This document shows, in pieces, positions 25,069 through 33,938 of a stretch of DNA of 36,264 nucleotides. A program made the position numbers and the translations under genes. The notes under the pieces were generated by a model. That model saw nothing but the letters and a program-made list of their open reading frames with translations, was not told where the DNA came from and searched no databases. Position 1 is the first letter of the stretch, and the number at the start of each line of letters is the position of its first letter. Where the stretch lies: positions 1-36,264 of IMG/VR virus record IMGVR_UViG_3300005612_000015; one strand, given 5' to 3'. Source of the DNA: a virus. Taxonomy: Duplodnaviria > Caudoviricetes.

Positions 25069-25291
25069 TTTTCTCCTCCAGGTCGTTTACTTCGTTAAGT
25101 ATAATTCTGCATTCTCTAAATACCAGATTGACCGCATGCGATAGGTTTCGGAGTTCTTTCATCTCTTCTGGTGTAGCCCTTAGCCATCTTCGGAATAGTC
25201 CATCCTGAATACGTTCAGCTATAAGGTCTTTTGCATCATCCTCCACCATAATCCGGGCGTAACGCTCTTCTGGTGCGGTTATTGGTTTCAT
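25052..25291 (-). CDS. Small conserved protein between portal and scaffold
   Basis: LF..W....PEE..EL......V motif; conserved position. Confidence 0.75.
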   Translation of the reverse strand: MKPITAPEERYARIMVEDDAKDLIAERIQDGLFRRWLRATPEEMKELRNLSHAVNLVFRECRIILNEVNDLEEKNEREK

Positions 25292-27640
25292 TTAATCCTC
25301 CCCAAGTTCATTAGCATTCTCTTCTACCTGTGCACTCATATCACGATTAGCTTGCATTTCAAGCTCTGTGATCCTTATGGCGTTATCGCTTGCCAGTTTT
25401 TCGTAATCAAACCGCTGCGCTGCACCGTCCTTATAATCCTGTGCATCCTGTTTCATCTGCTCAAGCTTCATCTCAAGCATGGCTATAACACTAGCGTCTT
25501 GTTGTTTCTGCTTTTCTACCTCAAGCTTAACGTGCTGGGCCTGAATATCAGCCTCCCCTTTCATCAGTTCAGCCCGGCCTAGATCCAGTTGAGACTTAAG
25601 CATAGCGCCCTGTATCTGTTCATTCTTTTGCTTTTCTTGTGCAGACTCTGCATCGCTCTGTTGCTGAGCTGCCTGCCCTTCCTGACTTTCAGGGTCAACA
25701 AAGTATCTGTCGGGATTCTTTACACCCGCCAAACTCACCATGTCAGTCTCTGCTGTATATAGCCTCTTTTCATCGGCGAGGACAGAACCAACAGACAGTA
25801 GCTCTTTTTGCTCTTTAATGACCTCCCTGACAACGCCAGCCTGCCGCGACCGCTCTGTATGGCTGCTACCTATCTGTACAACCACATTGGTACGAGTCCG
25901 CCACTCTGATGGTGTTGAGTTAATCCACCGCCCGCCGACCTTTGATGAAATAGTACCCTTATGATGTTTTCTCAAAAGGTTATGGATCTCGATAAATATA
26001 CCTCTGATAAGGGTCTCGCCGAATGACCTGGCCATGACAGCGTTATTAAGCTCCATAGCACCCATCACCCGATCCACAACAAATCCTGCATCACCGTGCA
26101 TAGCCTGTGCAGTATTTGCCGTATCAATAGCACCACCGCCCCTATCTCGCCGCACCTTATCGAACCAATCAAGCATAGCATAGCTAGACGGAGGAACCTC
26201 TGGATTCGGGAACGGCATTACAGCGTCCATTCTTTTCATCCTCACGTTACCGCCTGTACGAGTCACAAGCATATCGTCCAAGTTAACATCACCATCTAAA
26301 ATACCAACGCGCGGGTGAGCTGATAGCAGAGTCCCGTCAATAATAGCCCTGCATATTGGAGTTTTACCGTCCTGGATTTGCTTCAGACGATCAAACATAC
26401 TGATACCTTGATACTTGTGAGGGTTAACCATTGTCACACCACCAATCAACGGTACATCGTCTATCTCTTCGTTCGCTGTTGATCCGTCCTCATATCGTAA
26501 TAGCTCATTTCCGGCAATACTGACCTTACGCCGTTCTGCAATGCCATCACCATCAAAATCAATCAGTGGATAGCACTCATATACGCGAATTAATCGTGTT
26601 GAGTGATGTTGAGAGGTGTAGTCGTATTCGTCAGAATCCCGCGATCTGGCCTCTTCCTCGATGTTTGTGCTGTAGGTCGGCAGGTTTTTAACCTGGTCAA
26701 CTTCAAAACCCTGTTCTATTAAATCTGATTCGGTCACACTCATGTCATGAGCGCAGAACCTGGCATCATGGAGGTATGGTGATTTATGACTGCCTGCGAC
26801 AACCGCATTTTCAGGAGCAACAGACTCTATTACTGGTTTTCCTTTTACCGTTGTACGCCTGACTTTAATCGTAAACTTATCCTGCGCGGCCATCATGGCC
26901 TGCTGTGCAACCTGTTGTACTTGCGGGCTTTGTGCTGCGACTGCAGACTCCATCTCTGTCAACCCGTCCGCCTCAGCCTGCAATGCAATGATAGCGCCAG
27001 GATTGCCCTCTTCTGTCACAATCTGCTCTAGAATATCTATTTTCTGGTCAGGCTGTTGTGGCGTCATCACCATAGCTAGTGCCATTTCAGGGATGTTTTC
27101 TATTACCTCATATTCGACATACGCCCTTTCATCCCAATAGGCTTTAGCCGTACAGTTACGGTTCAGGAGTGCATCTTTAAGTGCTACCTGGAGTAGGGTA
27201 TAACCGTCGTACTCTTCAAAAAATAGATTGTTTACGAGTTCGGATTCTGTTTTGCTTTGATCCTCGTCCCGCTCATCTTCAGGGGAATAGAGTGCGATCA
27301 TTTCAGAGGTAAACGTCGGCATGATTTCGGCAACCGTAGCCTCTACAGCGTCCATCACGTCCATAGATACATATCGACTTGCATTAGGGTCTTTTGCCCT
27401 AGTACCCGTTAACCCGGGAGCCCGTCCAAAATAATACTCTATCGGCAGCGTAATATTCGCATCATTATCAGATGATATTGACCCGCCTGTGCCGCGACTT
27501 ACCTCATTCGTGCAGACAGAAACAAGCTCGCTGTCTGTCATATGGGGCTCAACAACCCCCTCCGTCGTCTCTTCTGTGTCTTCTACAAGCTCAAGTCCGC
27601 TCATCCTTTGCTGTATCCTGTTGTCCCTCCCCAGGGTCAT
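25292..27640 (-). CDS. Portal protein (P22-like); alternative start ATG 27604
   Basis: EYYFG, S.YVS.DV.D.VE, KDALL....AK.YW, YECY...D.DGDGIAERRKV and PH...G.S..D....IQ..KT motifs, with a Q-rich C-terminal barrel. Confidence 0.93.
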   Translation of the reverse strand: MTLGRDNRIQQRMSGLELVEDTEETTEGVVEPHMTDSELVSVCTNEVSRGTGGSISSDNDANITLPIEYYFGRAPGLTGTRAKDPNASRYVSMDVMDAVEATVAEIMPTFTSEMIALYSPEDERDEDQSKTESELVNNLFFEEYDGYTLLQVALKDALLNRNCTAKAYWDERAYVEYEVIENIPEMALAMVMTPQQPDQKIDILEQIVTEEGNPGAIIALQAEADGLTEMESAVAAQSPQVQQVAQQAMMAAQDKFTIKVRRTTVKGKPVIESVAPENAVVAGSHKSPYLHDARFCAHDMSVTESDLIEQGFEVDQVKNLPTYSTNIEEEARSRDSDEYDYTSQHHSTRLIRVYECYPLIDFDGDGIAERRKVSIAGNELLRYEDGSTANEEIDDVPLIGGVTMVNPHKYQGISMFDRLKQIQDGKTPICRAIIDGTLLSAHPRVGILDGDVNLDDMLVTRTGGNVRMKRMDAVMPFPNPEVPPSSYAMLDWFDKVRRDRGGGAIDTANTAQAMHGDAGFVVDRVMGAMELNNAVMARSFGETLIRGIFIEIHNLLRKHHKGTISSKVGGRWINSTPSEWRTRTNVVVQIGSSHTERSRQAGVVREVIKEQKELLSVGSVLADEKRLYTAETDMVSLAGVKNPDRYFVDPESQEGQAAQQQSDAESAQEKQKNEQIQGAMLKSQLDLGRAELMKGEADIQAQHVKLEVEKQKQQDASVIAMLEMKLEQMKQDAQDYKDGAAQRFDYEKLASDNAIRITELEMQANRDMSAQVEENANELGED

Positions 27641-27752
27641 TAGAGTCAGGCAGGCTCACAAAAGCCTCCTGCATTGAGCAAAACACATGTTCCAGCTCAT
27701 CCTGCAATCTCGCAGCACGAACAAATACTGATTCTATGGTGTCATTTTCCAT
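27591..27752 (-). CDS. Small hypothetical protein (53 aa, MENDTIESVF...)
   Basis: Read manually. GGGGAG RBS directly after the terL stop. Confidence 0.55.
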   Translation of the reverse strand: MENDTIESVFVRAARLQDELEHVFCSMQEAFVSLPDSNDPGEGQQDTAKDERT

Positions 27753-27766
27753 GCTATTCTCCCCAG

Positions 27767-29101
27767 TTAATAGTTAATCGGCTTACTCCAGTCTGACATC
27801 CCTGCCTGCCTGTCCATATCTGCCTGAGCAAAGCACATGTAGGCATCTGCCCCATTACTAGCCCTGTCATGGTGTGGTGTGCGCTGATATACATCGTCCT
27901 CCTCAACGTACTTGTACCGATAGTTACACAGTGTCGCATAACCCCGTTCCATCCGGGTTGCACGTGTCAGCATGTGCTTATCGTCACACTCGTAATACCC
28001 GTCACACTCCTCAACCGGCGTATCTCCATCGTCACCCAAATGAAACCAGCACCTTGCAAACCATTCCCGCGCCAACGCTATGGCAGTAGCCTTGTGCCCT
28101 ATCCTGTCTACTACAGTAGCGGGCTTTACTCCTCCGTCAACAAATTGCTGCTTGATATTCCTTGACATCCCTAGTCTATCATGATCTGCGTCATGGGGAA
28201 AATAATGCATAGAATACAAGTAGTCACGGCTGCGGACAAACCTAGTGTAATATTCAATCTCTTCTAGCCTGCCTTGGAAATAATCAATAAATTTGTATTG
28301 CTGGCCCGTTTTTTGCATGAACCATACAGCCGTTGGATCATCTTTGCCGACATCCCAAAAAGTCATAACTTCACAGTTTTTCTGTATCGGAATAAAGCAT
28401 AATCGACCATCTTTACTTACTTGGGTGACTTGTGCACCAAATATGGCCCCTTCTGCCAGCCGCTTGAGGTTACCCATCCAGATATGGAGGTATTTTTCGT
28501 AGTCGACGACCTTAAGGTTTTCAGCCTGCTTGATCACCACATCAGAATTATACTGATTATCCATGTAGTTGGACTTGATAACGAGCGCATCCGGCTGCTT
28601 ATCAACGATAAAGTGTTGATATACATAGTCAAACTTAAATCTTGTGTTGAATGATAACCATATTTCCGATCCCTCCTTGCGTATTGTCGGGTCAATAATA
28701 TCCCATGACCCCTCGCTAAGGCTGTGCGCCTCCTCGATCCAACAGATGTCGATCGCTTCCATTGACCGGATCTCTTCAGGATTGGCGCGCACACCGAGGA
28801 ACGTAAATTCTGTCCCATTAGGGCCATATATCGCATTCTGCTGGACCTCATACAGATGCGACATGTTCATCAACCGTATCTGGTCAGATAGCAGGCGATG
28901 AACTGATTGTTTAATGGATTTTTGTAGCTCCCTTGTACAAAGGATACGAAGGGGTTTTTTTATGCCCTTGTTTAGCAGTATCCTGCCTATACTCCAGGAC
29001 CGGCCAGCGCTCCTGCCCCCATACAGGACTTTATACCTGTAGTCCTCCGCCATAGGGCTGTAGATTATTGGTATCTCTGAGTTTTGTACTAGACAACTCA
29101 T
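27767..29101 (-). CDS. terL: Terminase large subunit (PBSX / Terminase_3 family)
   Basis: YKVLYGGRSAGRS (Walker A variant), ILCTRELQKSI..SV, IDICWIEEA (Walker B), PTIRKEGSEIW.SFN, WD.G..D.TA.WF and P.HD..S.GADA. Start reassigned to ATG 29101. Confidence 0.95.
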   Translation of the reverse strand: MSCLVQNSEIPIIYSPMAEDYRYKVLYGGRSAGRSWSIGRILLNKGIKKPLRILCTRELQKSIKQSVHRLLSDQIRLMNMSHLYEVQQNAIYGPNGTEFTFLGVRANPEEIRSMEAIDICWIEEAHSLSEGSWDIIDPTIRKEGSEIWLSFNTRFKFDYVYQHFIVDKQPDALVIKSNYMDNQYNSDVVIKQAENLKVVDYEKYLHIWMGNLKRLAEGAIFGAQVTQVSKDGRLCFIPIQKNCEVMTFWDVGKDDPTAVWFMQKTGQQYKFIDYFQGRLEEIEYYTRFVRSRDYLYSMHYFPHDADHDRLGMSRNIKQQFVDGGVKPATVVDRIGHKATAIALAREWFARCWFHLGDDGDTPVEECDGYYECDDKHMLTRATRMERGYATLCNYRYKYVEEDDVYQRTPHHDRASNGADAYMCFAQADMDRQAGMSDWSKPINY

Positions 29102-29108
29102 ACATAGA

Positions 29109-29471
29109 TCATTGATCGAAGTACGGCAGGTTATCAGGGAAATACGCCCAGCATAAAACGACTGCGGTCTTGTCCCCAACCTGCCACCCGGGCTCATCAC
29201 CGTCATGCATGTACCGGCCCATAGATACCATGTAGCGATGCCCACGATCTGCCTCAACCTTAATATGGACGCATACAGGCGAATTATTACTCGGCAGGTC
29301 ATCGTCCACTAATACCCACGGATGGGTTGCTTTATGTAATGCCCTCCTGAGGTTAAAGTTGCACGCGCGTGCATCAACCAAGTCATGCCGCGCCTGCGAT
29401 AAGTCAGCCTCCAATTCGTCATTATGCTCGCTAATAGCGATGTAGGTCTTATGTAATTGATCTAGTGCCAT
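29109..29471 (-). CDS. Hypothetical protein, coiled coil plus DUF551-like C-terminus
   Basis: W..V.D.LP....V ... V..WA..P..P pattern; GGGGAGG RBS. Confidence 0.7.
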   Translation of the reverse strand: MALDQLHKTYIAISEHNDELEADLSQARHDLVDARACNFNLRRALHKATHPWVLVDDDLPSNNSPVCVHIKVEADRGHRYMVSMGRYMHDGDEPGWQVGDKTAVVLCWAYFPDNLPYFDQ

Positions 29472-29496
29472 GTTCTTTCCTCCCCTCTTAGCTATC

Positions 29497-29937
29497 TTAT
29501 TTCCGCAAAAAATAGTCGCTCATAGCATCTGCTAGAAGGTCATACTTCTCTTCTAGCTGGAACAACTGCATCTCTAGCGCGTCGGCTTTATGTGAGCGTT
29601 CAACATGATTATCGAACGCTAACCTGGCATTATCCTCGCGTAGAGCGTCCCGTTCCTTTTCTACAAGCTTTAGTTGCTCCTTAGCATCATCCCGCTGCCG
29701 CTCTAGATTAGTGTTGTCGTCGCGCAGGTAGCCAGCCTTCTCCTTATAGGCATCCCTCTCCTTCTCTAACTCTTTTTTCTCCTCAGCCAGAGAGGAACCC
29801 GCCTCTTTTGCCGCATACCACTTGTCCCGAAGGTAATCGTTACCGCATTGCATCTCGGAAATAACTTTTTCATTCAGCTCATTAACAGCTGTAAGGTTAT
29901 CGATGGTTTCCAGCAGGCCCTTAGTTTCTGTTCCCAT
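29497..29937 (-). CDS. Coiled-coil hypothetical protein with internal EKERDA repeats
   Basis: GGGGAG RBS; heptad-like composition. Confidence 0.75.
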   Translation of the reverse strand: MGTETKGLLETIDNLTAVNELNEKVISEMQCGNDYLRDKWYAAKEAGSSLAEEKKELEKERDAYKEKAGYLRDDNTNLERQRDDAKEQLKLVEKERDALREDNARLAFDNHVERSHKADALEMQLFQLEEKYDLLADAMSDYFLRK

Positions 29938-29960
29938 TGTATTACTCCCCAGTAGTTAAC

Positions 29961-30464
29961 TTATTTCCCATGATTTGGATGGTATCCTAGTTCCTTGTAC
30001 TTCTTTCGTGATACAGCGACGGCATCTTCTAGGCTATCATAAACACCACAGTTTTTGTGAGCAATGCATACATAATATTGCCCGTTCTTCTTGAGGCTGA
30101 TCCCAATGTGCCCTGTCTTGCTTGTTTCTCGTAGTGATTGGTTATGACAATTACTTCGCCTTGTAGCCTTTGTTAGAGCCTTCCATCTATTGTCACACCT
30201 ATCATGTCTGATATGGTCCACTTCATCTGCCGGGAATTCCCCTGTCATGTAAAGAAACGCAAGCCTATGCGCTCTGTATGCCACACGATCAATTTTTATT
30301 GACCGGTACATTCTCCCTCTAGCCCGATCAGCAACAGACCCAATAAAAGTTCCAGCGACAGACCCAACAGGGGTAACATTAGACAAACAAACCCGCCAGG
30401 TAAACACCCCTGTCTCGGGGTCATAGTGCAGGACTTCTTTTAATCGTTCTTGTGTTAGGTTCAT
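29961..30464 (-). CDS. HNH homing endonuclease (HNH_3 with AP2-like C-terminus)
   Basis: LTQERLKEVLHYDPETGVFTW, Y.AHRLAFLYMTG.FP..VDH....R.DNRW..L and TGH.GI motifs. Confidence 0.92.
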   Translation of the reverse strand: MNLTQERLKEVLHYDPETGVFTWRVCLSNVTPVGSVAGTFIGSVADRARGRMYRSIKIDRVAYRAHRLAFLYMTGEFPADEVDHIRHDRCDNRWKALTKATRRSNCHNQSLRETSKTGHIGISLKKNGQYYVCIAHKNCGVYDSLEDAVAVSRKKYKELGYHPNHGK

Positions 30465-30778
30465 TTTGGATATAGCTGATTGCCCATGACCTCAGCCATC
30501 ACCTCTTTCAGGAATTTATCTGGATCTTTCACGGGCTGGCCATAATCCTTGCTCATTGCACTCGCTATGCTTAACTCACCCTCATCCTTACTCACTATGC
30601 TTGATGGATATGGCTTGATGCTCATACGCAACAGTCTTATCTCCCGCCTTACCTCAAGCATGTCAGTACATGCATCAACGTCTGTCATCTCATGTAGCAG
30701 GACACCTGTGTAGTTATAGATATCATCAAGCTTTGCTACTATCCCATCGGTTGATATTTTCTGTTTCGCTTTAGTCAT
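30461..30778 (-). CDS. Hypothetical protein
   Basis: GGGGGAG RBS; ATGA overlaps at both ends. Confidence 0.7.
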   Translation of the reverse strand: MTKAKQKISTDGIVAKLDDIYNYTGVLLHEMTDVDACTDMLEVRREIRLLRMSIKPYPSSIVSKDEGELSIASAMSKDYGQPVKDPDKFLKEVMAEVMGNQLYPK

Positions 30779-31170
30779 GACTCTCCCCCCCTCTCAAGTC
30801 GATTGACTTCAAGATTTAAAATACCTACTCTGTGCCCGTATAGATCTCTACCTGCATAGTCACCGTTATCACATGCCTCATTTAACAACATCCGCACAGT
30901 GCCTAGCTCTGCCCTTAGGGCGGCAAGTCTTTCCATCCTCTTCTCGTCATGGAACTTTATAAGCGGCTCTGAAGGCCATGCTTTGTATATGCTATTATCT
31001 TCTTCTGGTGGCAGGCATCCTATTTTAATCGTATCGGCAAGAATCCCCTTCACCTCCGCCTCAAGTGCTGTTATCCGTTCCTCGTTGCTGAATGACCGCA
31101 TATCGATACCCATCACATCACGGCCCATTTCAATCATGTAATCCCATATAGCATCAAGCTTTTTACCCAT
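30775..31170 (-). CDS. Hypothetical protein
   Basis: GGGGA RBS; operon orientation. Confidence 0.7.
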   Translation of the reverse strand: MGKKLDAIWDYMIEMGRDVMGIDMRSFSNEERITALEAEVKGILADTIKIGCLPPEEDNSIYKAWPSEPLIKFHDEKRMERLAALRAELGTVRMLLNEACDNGDYAGRDLYGHRVGILNLEVNRLERGGES

Positions 31171-31189
31171 AGTTATTTCCCCAGGTTAT

Positions 31190-31393
31190 TTACTTCTCGG
31201 TTAACTTAATACCCAGAATATCTTCGTTCTGGACCTCCATCCTCTTTACAATTTCGATCAACGAAGCAATCAGATCGCCATTATCTCGGATCATTTTCCT
31301 TAGCTCTATGGCTTCACTATCTAGCCCTTTCCTTTCCGCATAAGAATATTCTAGCCCTTTCCTTTCCGCATAAGAATATTTTACTCCTTCCAT
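31190..31393 (-). CDS. Small hypothetical protein with a 10-aa duplication (start ATG 31393)
   Basis: GGGGG RBS after the terS stop; YSYAERKGL occurs twice. Confidence 0.65.
   Translation of the reverse strand: MEGVKYSYAERKGLEYSYAERKGLDSEAIELRKMIRDNGDLIASLIEIVKRMEVQNEDILGIKLTEK
31321..31380. repeat. Perfect 30-bp tandem duplication
   Basis: CTAGCCCTTTCCTTTCCGCATAAGAATATT x2. Confidence 0.97.
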
Positions 31394-31406
31394 ATCAACC
31401 CCCAAG

Positions 31407-31781
31407 TCATTTAAACGTAACAACGTACTCAGTAGGCAGGACAGGGCCGCCATCAGCGCCTGTAAGCTCCTGCTTGTCGGTGTACCCATGCCTAGCCAAC
31501 ACTAGCTTGGTAATCGTGGCGTTAAGCTCGCCCTTAAGCCCTCCATTAATCAATCTGGACTCCTGTGCTTGCTTGATTAGCCCTACTAATAAGGAAAACT
31601 CCTCTTTCCCCTCCTCCTTCGCCCACACCTGGATAGTGTCTTTGTGGATACCCAGATACTGCCCAAGGCCACACAGCATCGGTATCTCATCCCCAATAAG
31701 CTTATAGTTTTCAAGGTAATACCACGAGTCTTCTAATATTTCCTCGTTGTACTTTGTAGGTCGGCCTACTCTGTTAGCCAT
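31407..31781 (-). CDS. terS: Terminase small subunit (DNA-packaging gp3-like)
   Basis: GRPTKY, IP...GL..YLGI...TI..W, Q...LIN.GL.G..NA.I.KL.L..HGY.DKQE.TG.DGGP. Start is ATG 31781. Confidence 0.9.
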   Translation of the reverse strand: MANRVGRPTKYNEEILEDSWYYLENYKLIGDEIPMLCGLGQYLGIHKDTIQVWAKEEGKEEFSLLVGLIKQAQESRLINGGLKGELNATITKLVLARHGYTDKQELTGADGGPVLPTEYVVTFK

Positions 31782-32031
31782 TGCTATGCCCTTTAATATC
31801 ATTGTTCGTGGAAAGCTCTCTCCATGGAGATACGAATAATGGCTGGTATAGATACCGTGCACAAACCTCGCTTACACACAGCGAGACTGGCATCACACCA
31901 TCCCACTTAGCCATACCGAACTCTTCCCTTAATTCTGCAGCAAAATCAATCCTTTCCTGTATGCCAGTTGCCTCGAACAGATCAACAATAGCCTCTGCAT
32001 CAGAGCGTGAAATTTCAAATAGACGTCCCAC
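31774..32031 (-). CDS. Hypothetical protein
   Basis: GGAGG RBS before a GTG start; A.ELRE.FGM motif. Confidence 0.6.
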   Translation of the reverse strand: MGRLFEISRSDAEAIVDLFEATGIQERIDFAAELREEFGMAKWDGVMPVSLCVSEVCARYLYQPLFVSPWRELSTNNDIKGHSNG

Positions 32032-32350
32032 TTCTACCTCCTTTCCTGCTTTTCACCTTGTAGTAAAACTTCTGATTCTCTTTTTTTGGCATGAGACCTA
32101 GAATGCGCAGATATAACTCCTTGTTTTTTCTAGCATCTCTCATGGATTTAGGTTTGTCTATCGGGTGTCCCTTCATGCTTGCGATTCTTACCGCGTTACG
32201 GAGTAGCCGGTGGACTATCTGCCTCACTCTCTCGCGTGAAATATCATGCCGCGCCCCTTCCCTTTCTAGGGTCTCCCCGTTCATGACTGACACAAAGATA
32301 TTGTTGTTCCTTTCCTTGTTCTTTTGCAATAGCTCTGTGTATTTATCCAT
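32015..32350 (-). CDS. Sigma70 region-4-like HTH DNA-binding protein (possible late regulator)
   Basis: ERN..I......GETLE..G....ISRERVRQIV. Confidence 0.8.
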   Translation of the reverse strand: MDKYTELLQKNKERNNNIFVSVMNGETLEREGARHDISRERVRQIVHRLLRNAVRIASMKGHPIDKPKSMRDARKNKELYLRILGLMPKKENQKFYYKVKSRKGGRSGTSI

Positions 32351-32738
32351 TGCTGGCCCCTACCTTATCCAGCCAGTCCCTATCACGTACTTCTTTTTGA
32401 AATTGCTCAATGTCCTTTTTCGCCTCATTACTGCTTTTCATCCCAGCAAGCCAGTAATGCATGTCCCTTATAGCTTGCTCACGATCCATCTTCTCTTTCT
32501 TATCATCCATCATAGCCTTATGCTCCTTTGCCACCTCAGCAATCCTATGCTTCTTTACCGCCGTAACCTCATCGTCTGTCAAGAACTGAACATCATACGC
32601 ACCCAAGTCGCCAATAAAAAACCATACACTTCCCCCACCATCTCCACCCGACAGATAAGCCGCCTTTTCCTTCTGCCGGATCATCTCCATAAGTATCCGG
32701 TATTGCTTCACTTCCCGTTTCATCGCTTTCTTTTTCAT
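32343..32738 (-). CDS. Hypothetical protein
   Basis: AAGGGG RBS; operon orientation. Confidence 0.7.
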   Translation of the reverse strand: MKKKAMKREVKQYRILMEMIRQKEKAAYLSGGDGGGSVWFFIGDLGAYDVQFLTDDEVTAVKKHRIAEVAKEHKAMMDDKKEKMDREQAIRDMHYWLAGMKSSNEAKKDIEQFQKEVRDRDWLDKVGASNG

Positions 32739-32784
32739 GAATTTCCCCTTATCAGTAACACTTTACTACAAAACTCCAATACAC

Positions 32785-33057
32785 TCAAGCAGAAGTATTA
32801 AACCAATGTTTACGTAAACGGTTCAGTCCCCCTGTATTTTTCCTGGTCTTCAGGATTAATTCAGCCTCCTCCTCAGTTATAGCAGTAAACTTACCGTCAC
32901 CAATAACATGCGTTTCCACGTCTCCCAGCCTACGTTTAATATCCTCTATTTCAATTTCAATGGATTCTATCCTGCCATTAACATCAAGAAAATAGTCCAT
33001 AATCAACTCGAACTGGACTATTACGTATGCAAACAAGCCATCGATCTTTTTACCCAT
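32785..33057 (-). CDS. Hypothetical protein
   Basis: GAGGTGG RBS; short coiled coil. Confidence 0.65.
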   Translation of the reverse strand: MGKKIDGLFAYVIVQFELIMDYFLDVNGRIESIEIEIEDIKRRLGDVETHVIGDGKFTAITEEEAELILKTRKNTGGLNRLRKHWFNTSA

Positions 33058-33072
33058 ATCTCGCCCACCTCG

Positions 33073-33417
33073 CTAGTATTTAAATGCTTTCGAAAGTCGC
33101 CGTCTTGCTGGTGCCAGCTTCTCTTTCAATTCATTAAGTCGATCAATATTCCTTCTGGCTTTCATTTTACCATTAAGTTTTTTATTTTCCCTCTGCAGCT
33201 TGCGGTTATCATAATCGTAACGATCAACTAATAGCCGAGCGGACTTAAGGTCTTGCCTGAGAGATCTATTTATCCACTCAATCCGATTGATTACTTCCTC
33301 CTGTGTGGGGTGTGGCATTCCTTTTGCATTTCTTGGGTTTGGTTTAAGGTCTTCGACCTGCTGCCTCATTGATTCGACTTTATCATCTAGCGCCTCTTCT
33401 TGAGTATCATCAGGCAT
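33073..33417 (-). CDS. Coiled-coil hypothetical protein (start ATG 33417, MPDDTQEE)
   Basis: GGGAG RBS directly at the upstream stop. Confidence 0.7.
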   Translation of the reverse strand: MPDDTQEEALDDKVESMRQQVEDLKPNPRNAKGMPHPTQEEVINRIEWINRSLRQDLKSARLLVDRYDYDNRKLQRENKKLNGKMKARRNIDRLNELKEKLAPARRRLSKAFKY

Positions 33418-33418
33418 A

Positions 33419-33733
33419 TCATTCTCCCAGGTTGTCATCAATTTCAATTATAGTCTTTTCTTTTTCGCCCTTTTCGGTCTTGCGGCTTTCAAATGTAACG
33501 CTTTTGACTTGTTTGGTCGAATCATCTGCGAGTATTCCAATTCCCACAAGTCCATCGATAACGGCTTTTGCGCTAATCCCATCAGTATCATGCTCCCTCT
33601 TTCGATAACTGATAACCCGGATAGTGACTGGTGAATCAAATGACGGATTTTCATCCTTTGCCATTGGTGGCATGCCAGTAACCTGTTCCAGGTCGGCAGT
33701 GGGTACGGTAGCTCGATTATTACTTTCATCCAC
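33419..33733 (-). CDS. rusA: RusA-like resolvase, catalytic (C-terminal) half - frame B
   Basis: PVTIRVISYRKREHDTDGISAKAVIDGLVGIGILADDS..V......EKTIIEI matches the RusA D.D..K...D.L...G...DD signature. The first ~30 residues look unstructured. GTG start. Confidence 0.75.
   Translation of the reverse strand: MDESNNRATVPTADLEQVTGMPPMAKDENPSFDSPVTIRVISYRKREHDTDGISAKAVIDGLVGIGILADDSTKQVKSVTFESRKTEKGEKEKTIIEIDDNLGE
33448..33729 (-). CDS. RusA-like N-terminal half - frame A, nested over frame B
   Basis: MKVIIELPYPLPTWN....H.W.R.K.R matches the RusA-family N-terminal strand/PxPxN/helix. The ATG overlaps the upstream TGA (ATGA). Confidence 0.6.
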   Translation of the reverse strand: MKVIIELPYPLPTWNRLLACHQWQRMKIRHLIHQSLSGLSVIERGSMILMGLAQKPLSMDLWELEYSQMIRPNKSKALHLKAARPKRAKKKRL

Positions 33734-33938
33734 GTTTCACCCATCCGCAACGTCCAGATGGGCACATTCCTTCATCAGTCATCCTAACACCCTCCTCAAC
33801 CCAGGCCATGCAATTGCTCCCGATACATTCCGACGTAGAATATTCATGGTCCATACGATTGGTTATAATGTCCCCATTCTTTGCAACAATGACTTGCACA
33901 GCAGGACACCATTTTTCACATGTTTCAGATTCTAGCAT
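33726..33938 (-). CDS. Conserved Cys-rich small phage protein
   Basis: KWCP...NR...CIGS.CMAW...G.CG pattern. Confidence 0.75.
   Translation of the reverse strand: MLESETCEKWCPAVQVIVAKNGDIITNRMDHEYSTSECIGSNCMAWVEEGVRMTDEGMCPSGRCGWVKRG

Noticed and set aside
29102-29302. N-terminal extension of TerL given by the ORF track
   Set aside because: It overlaps a better-supported gene (29109..29471), and the terminase motifs begin only after ATG 29101.
32091-32801. 236-aa + strand ORF, plus other antisense ORFs (e.g. 7896..8564, 1097..1576, 16864..17268)
   Set aside because: These are shadows of well-supported opposite-strand genes, with no RBS or recognisable motifs.
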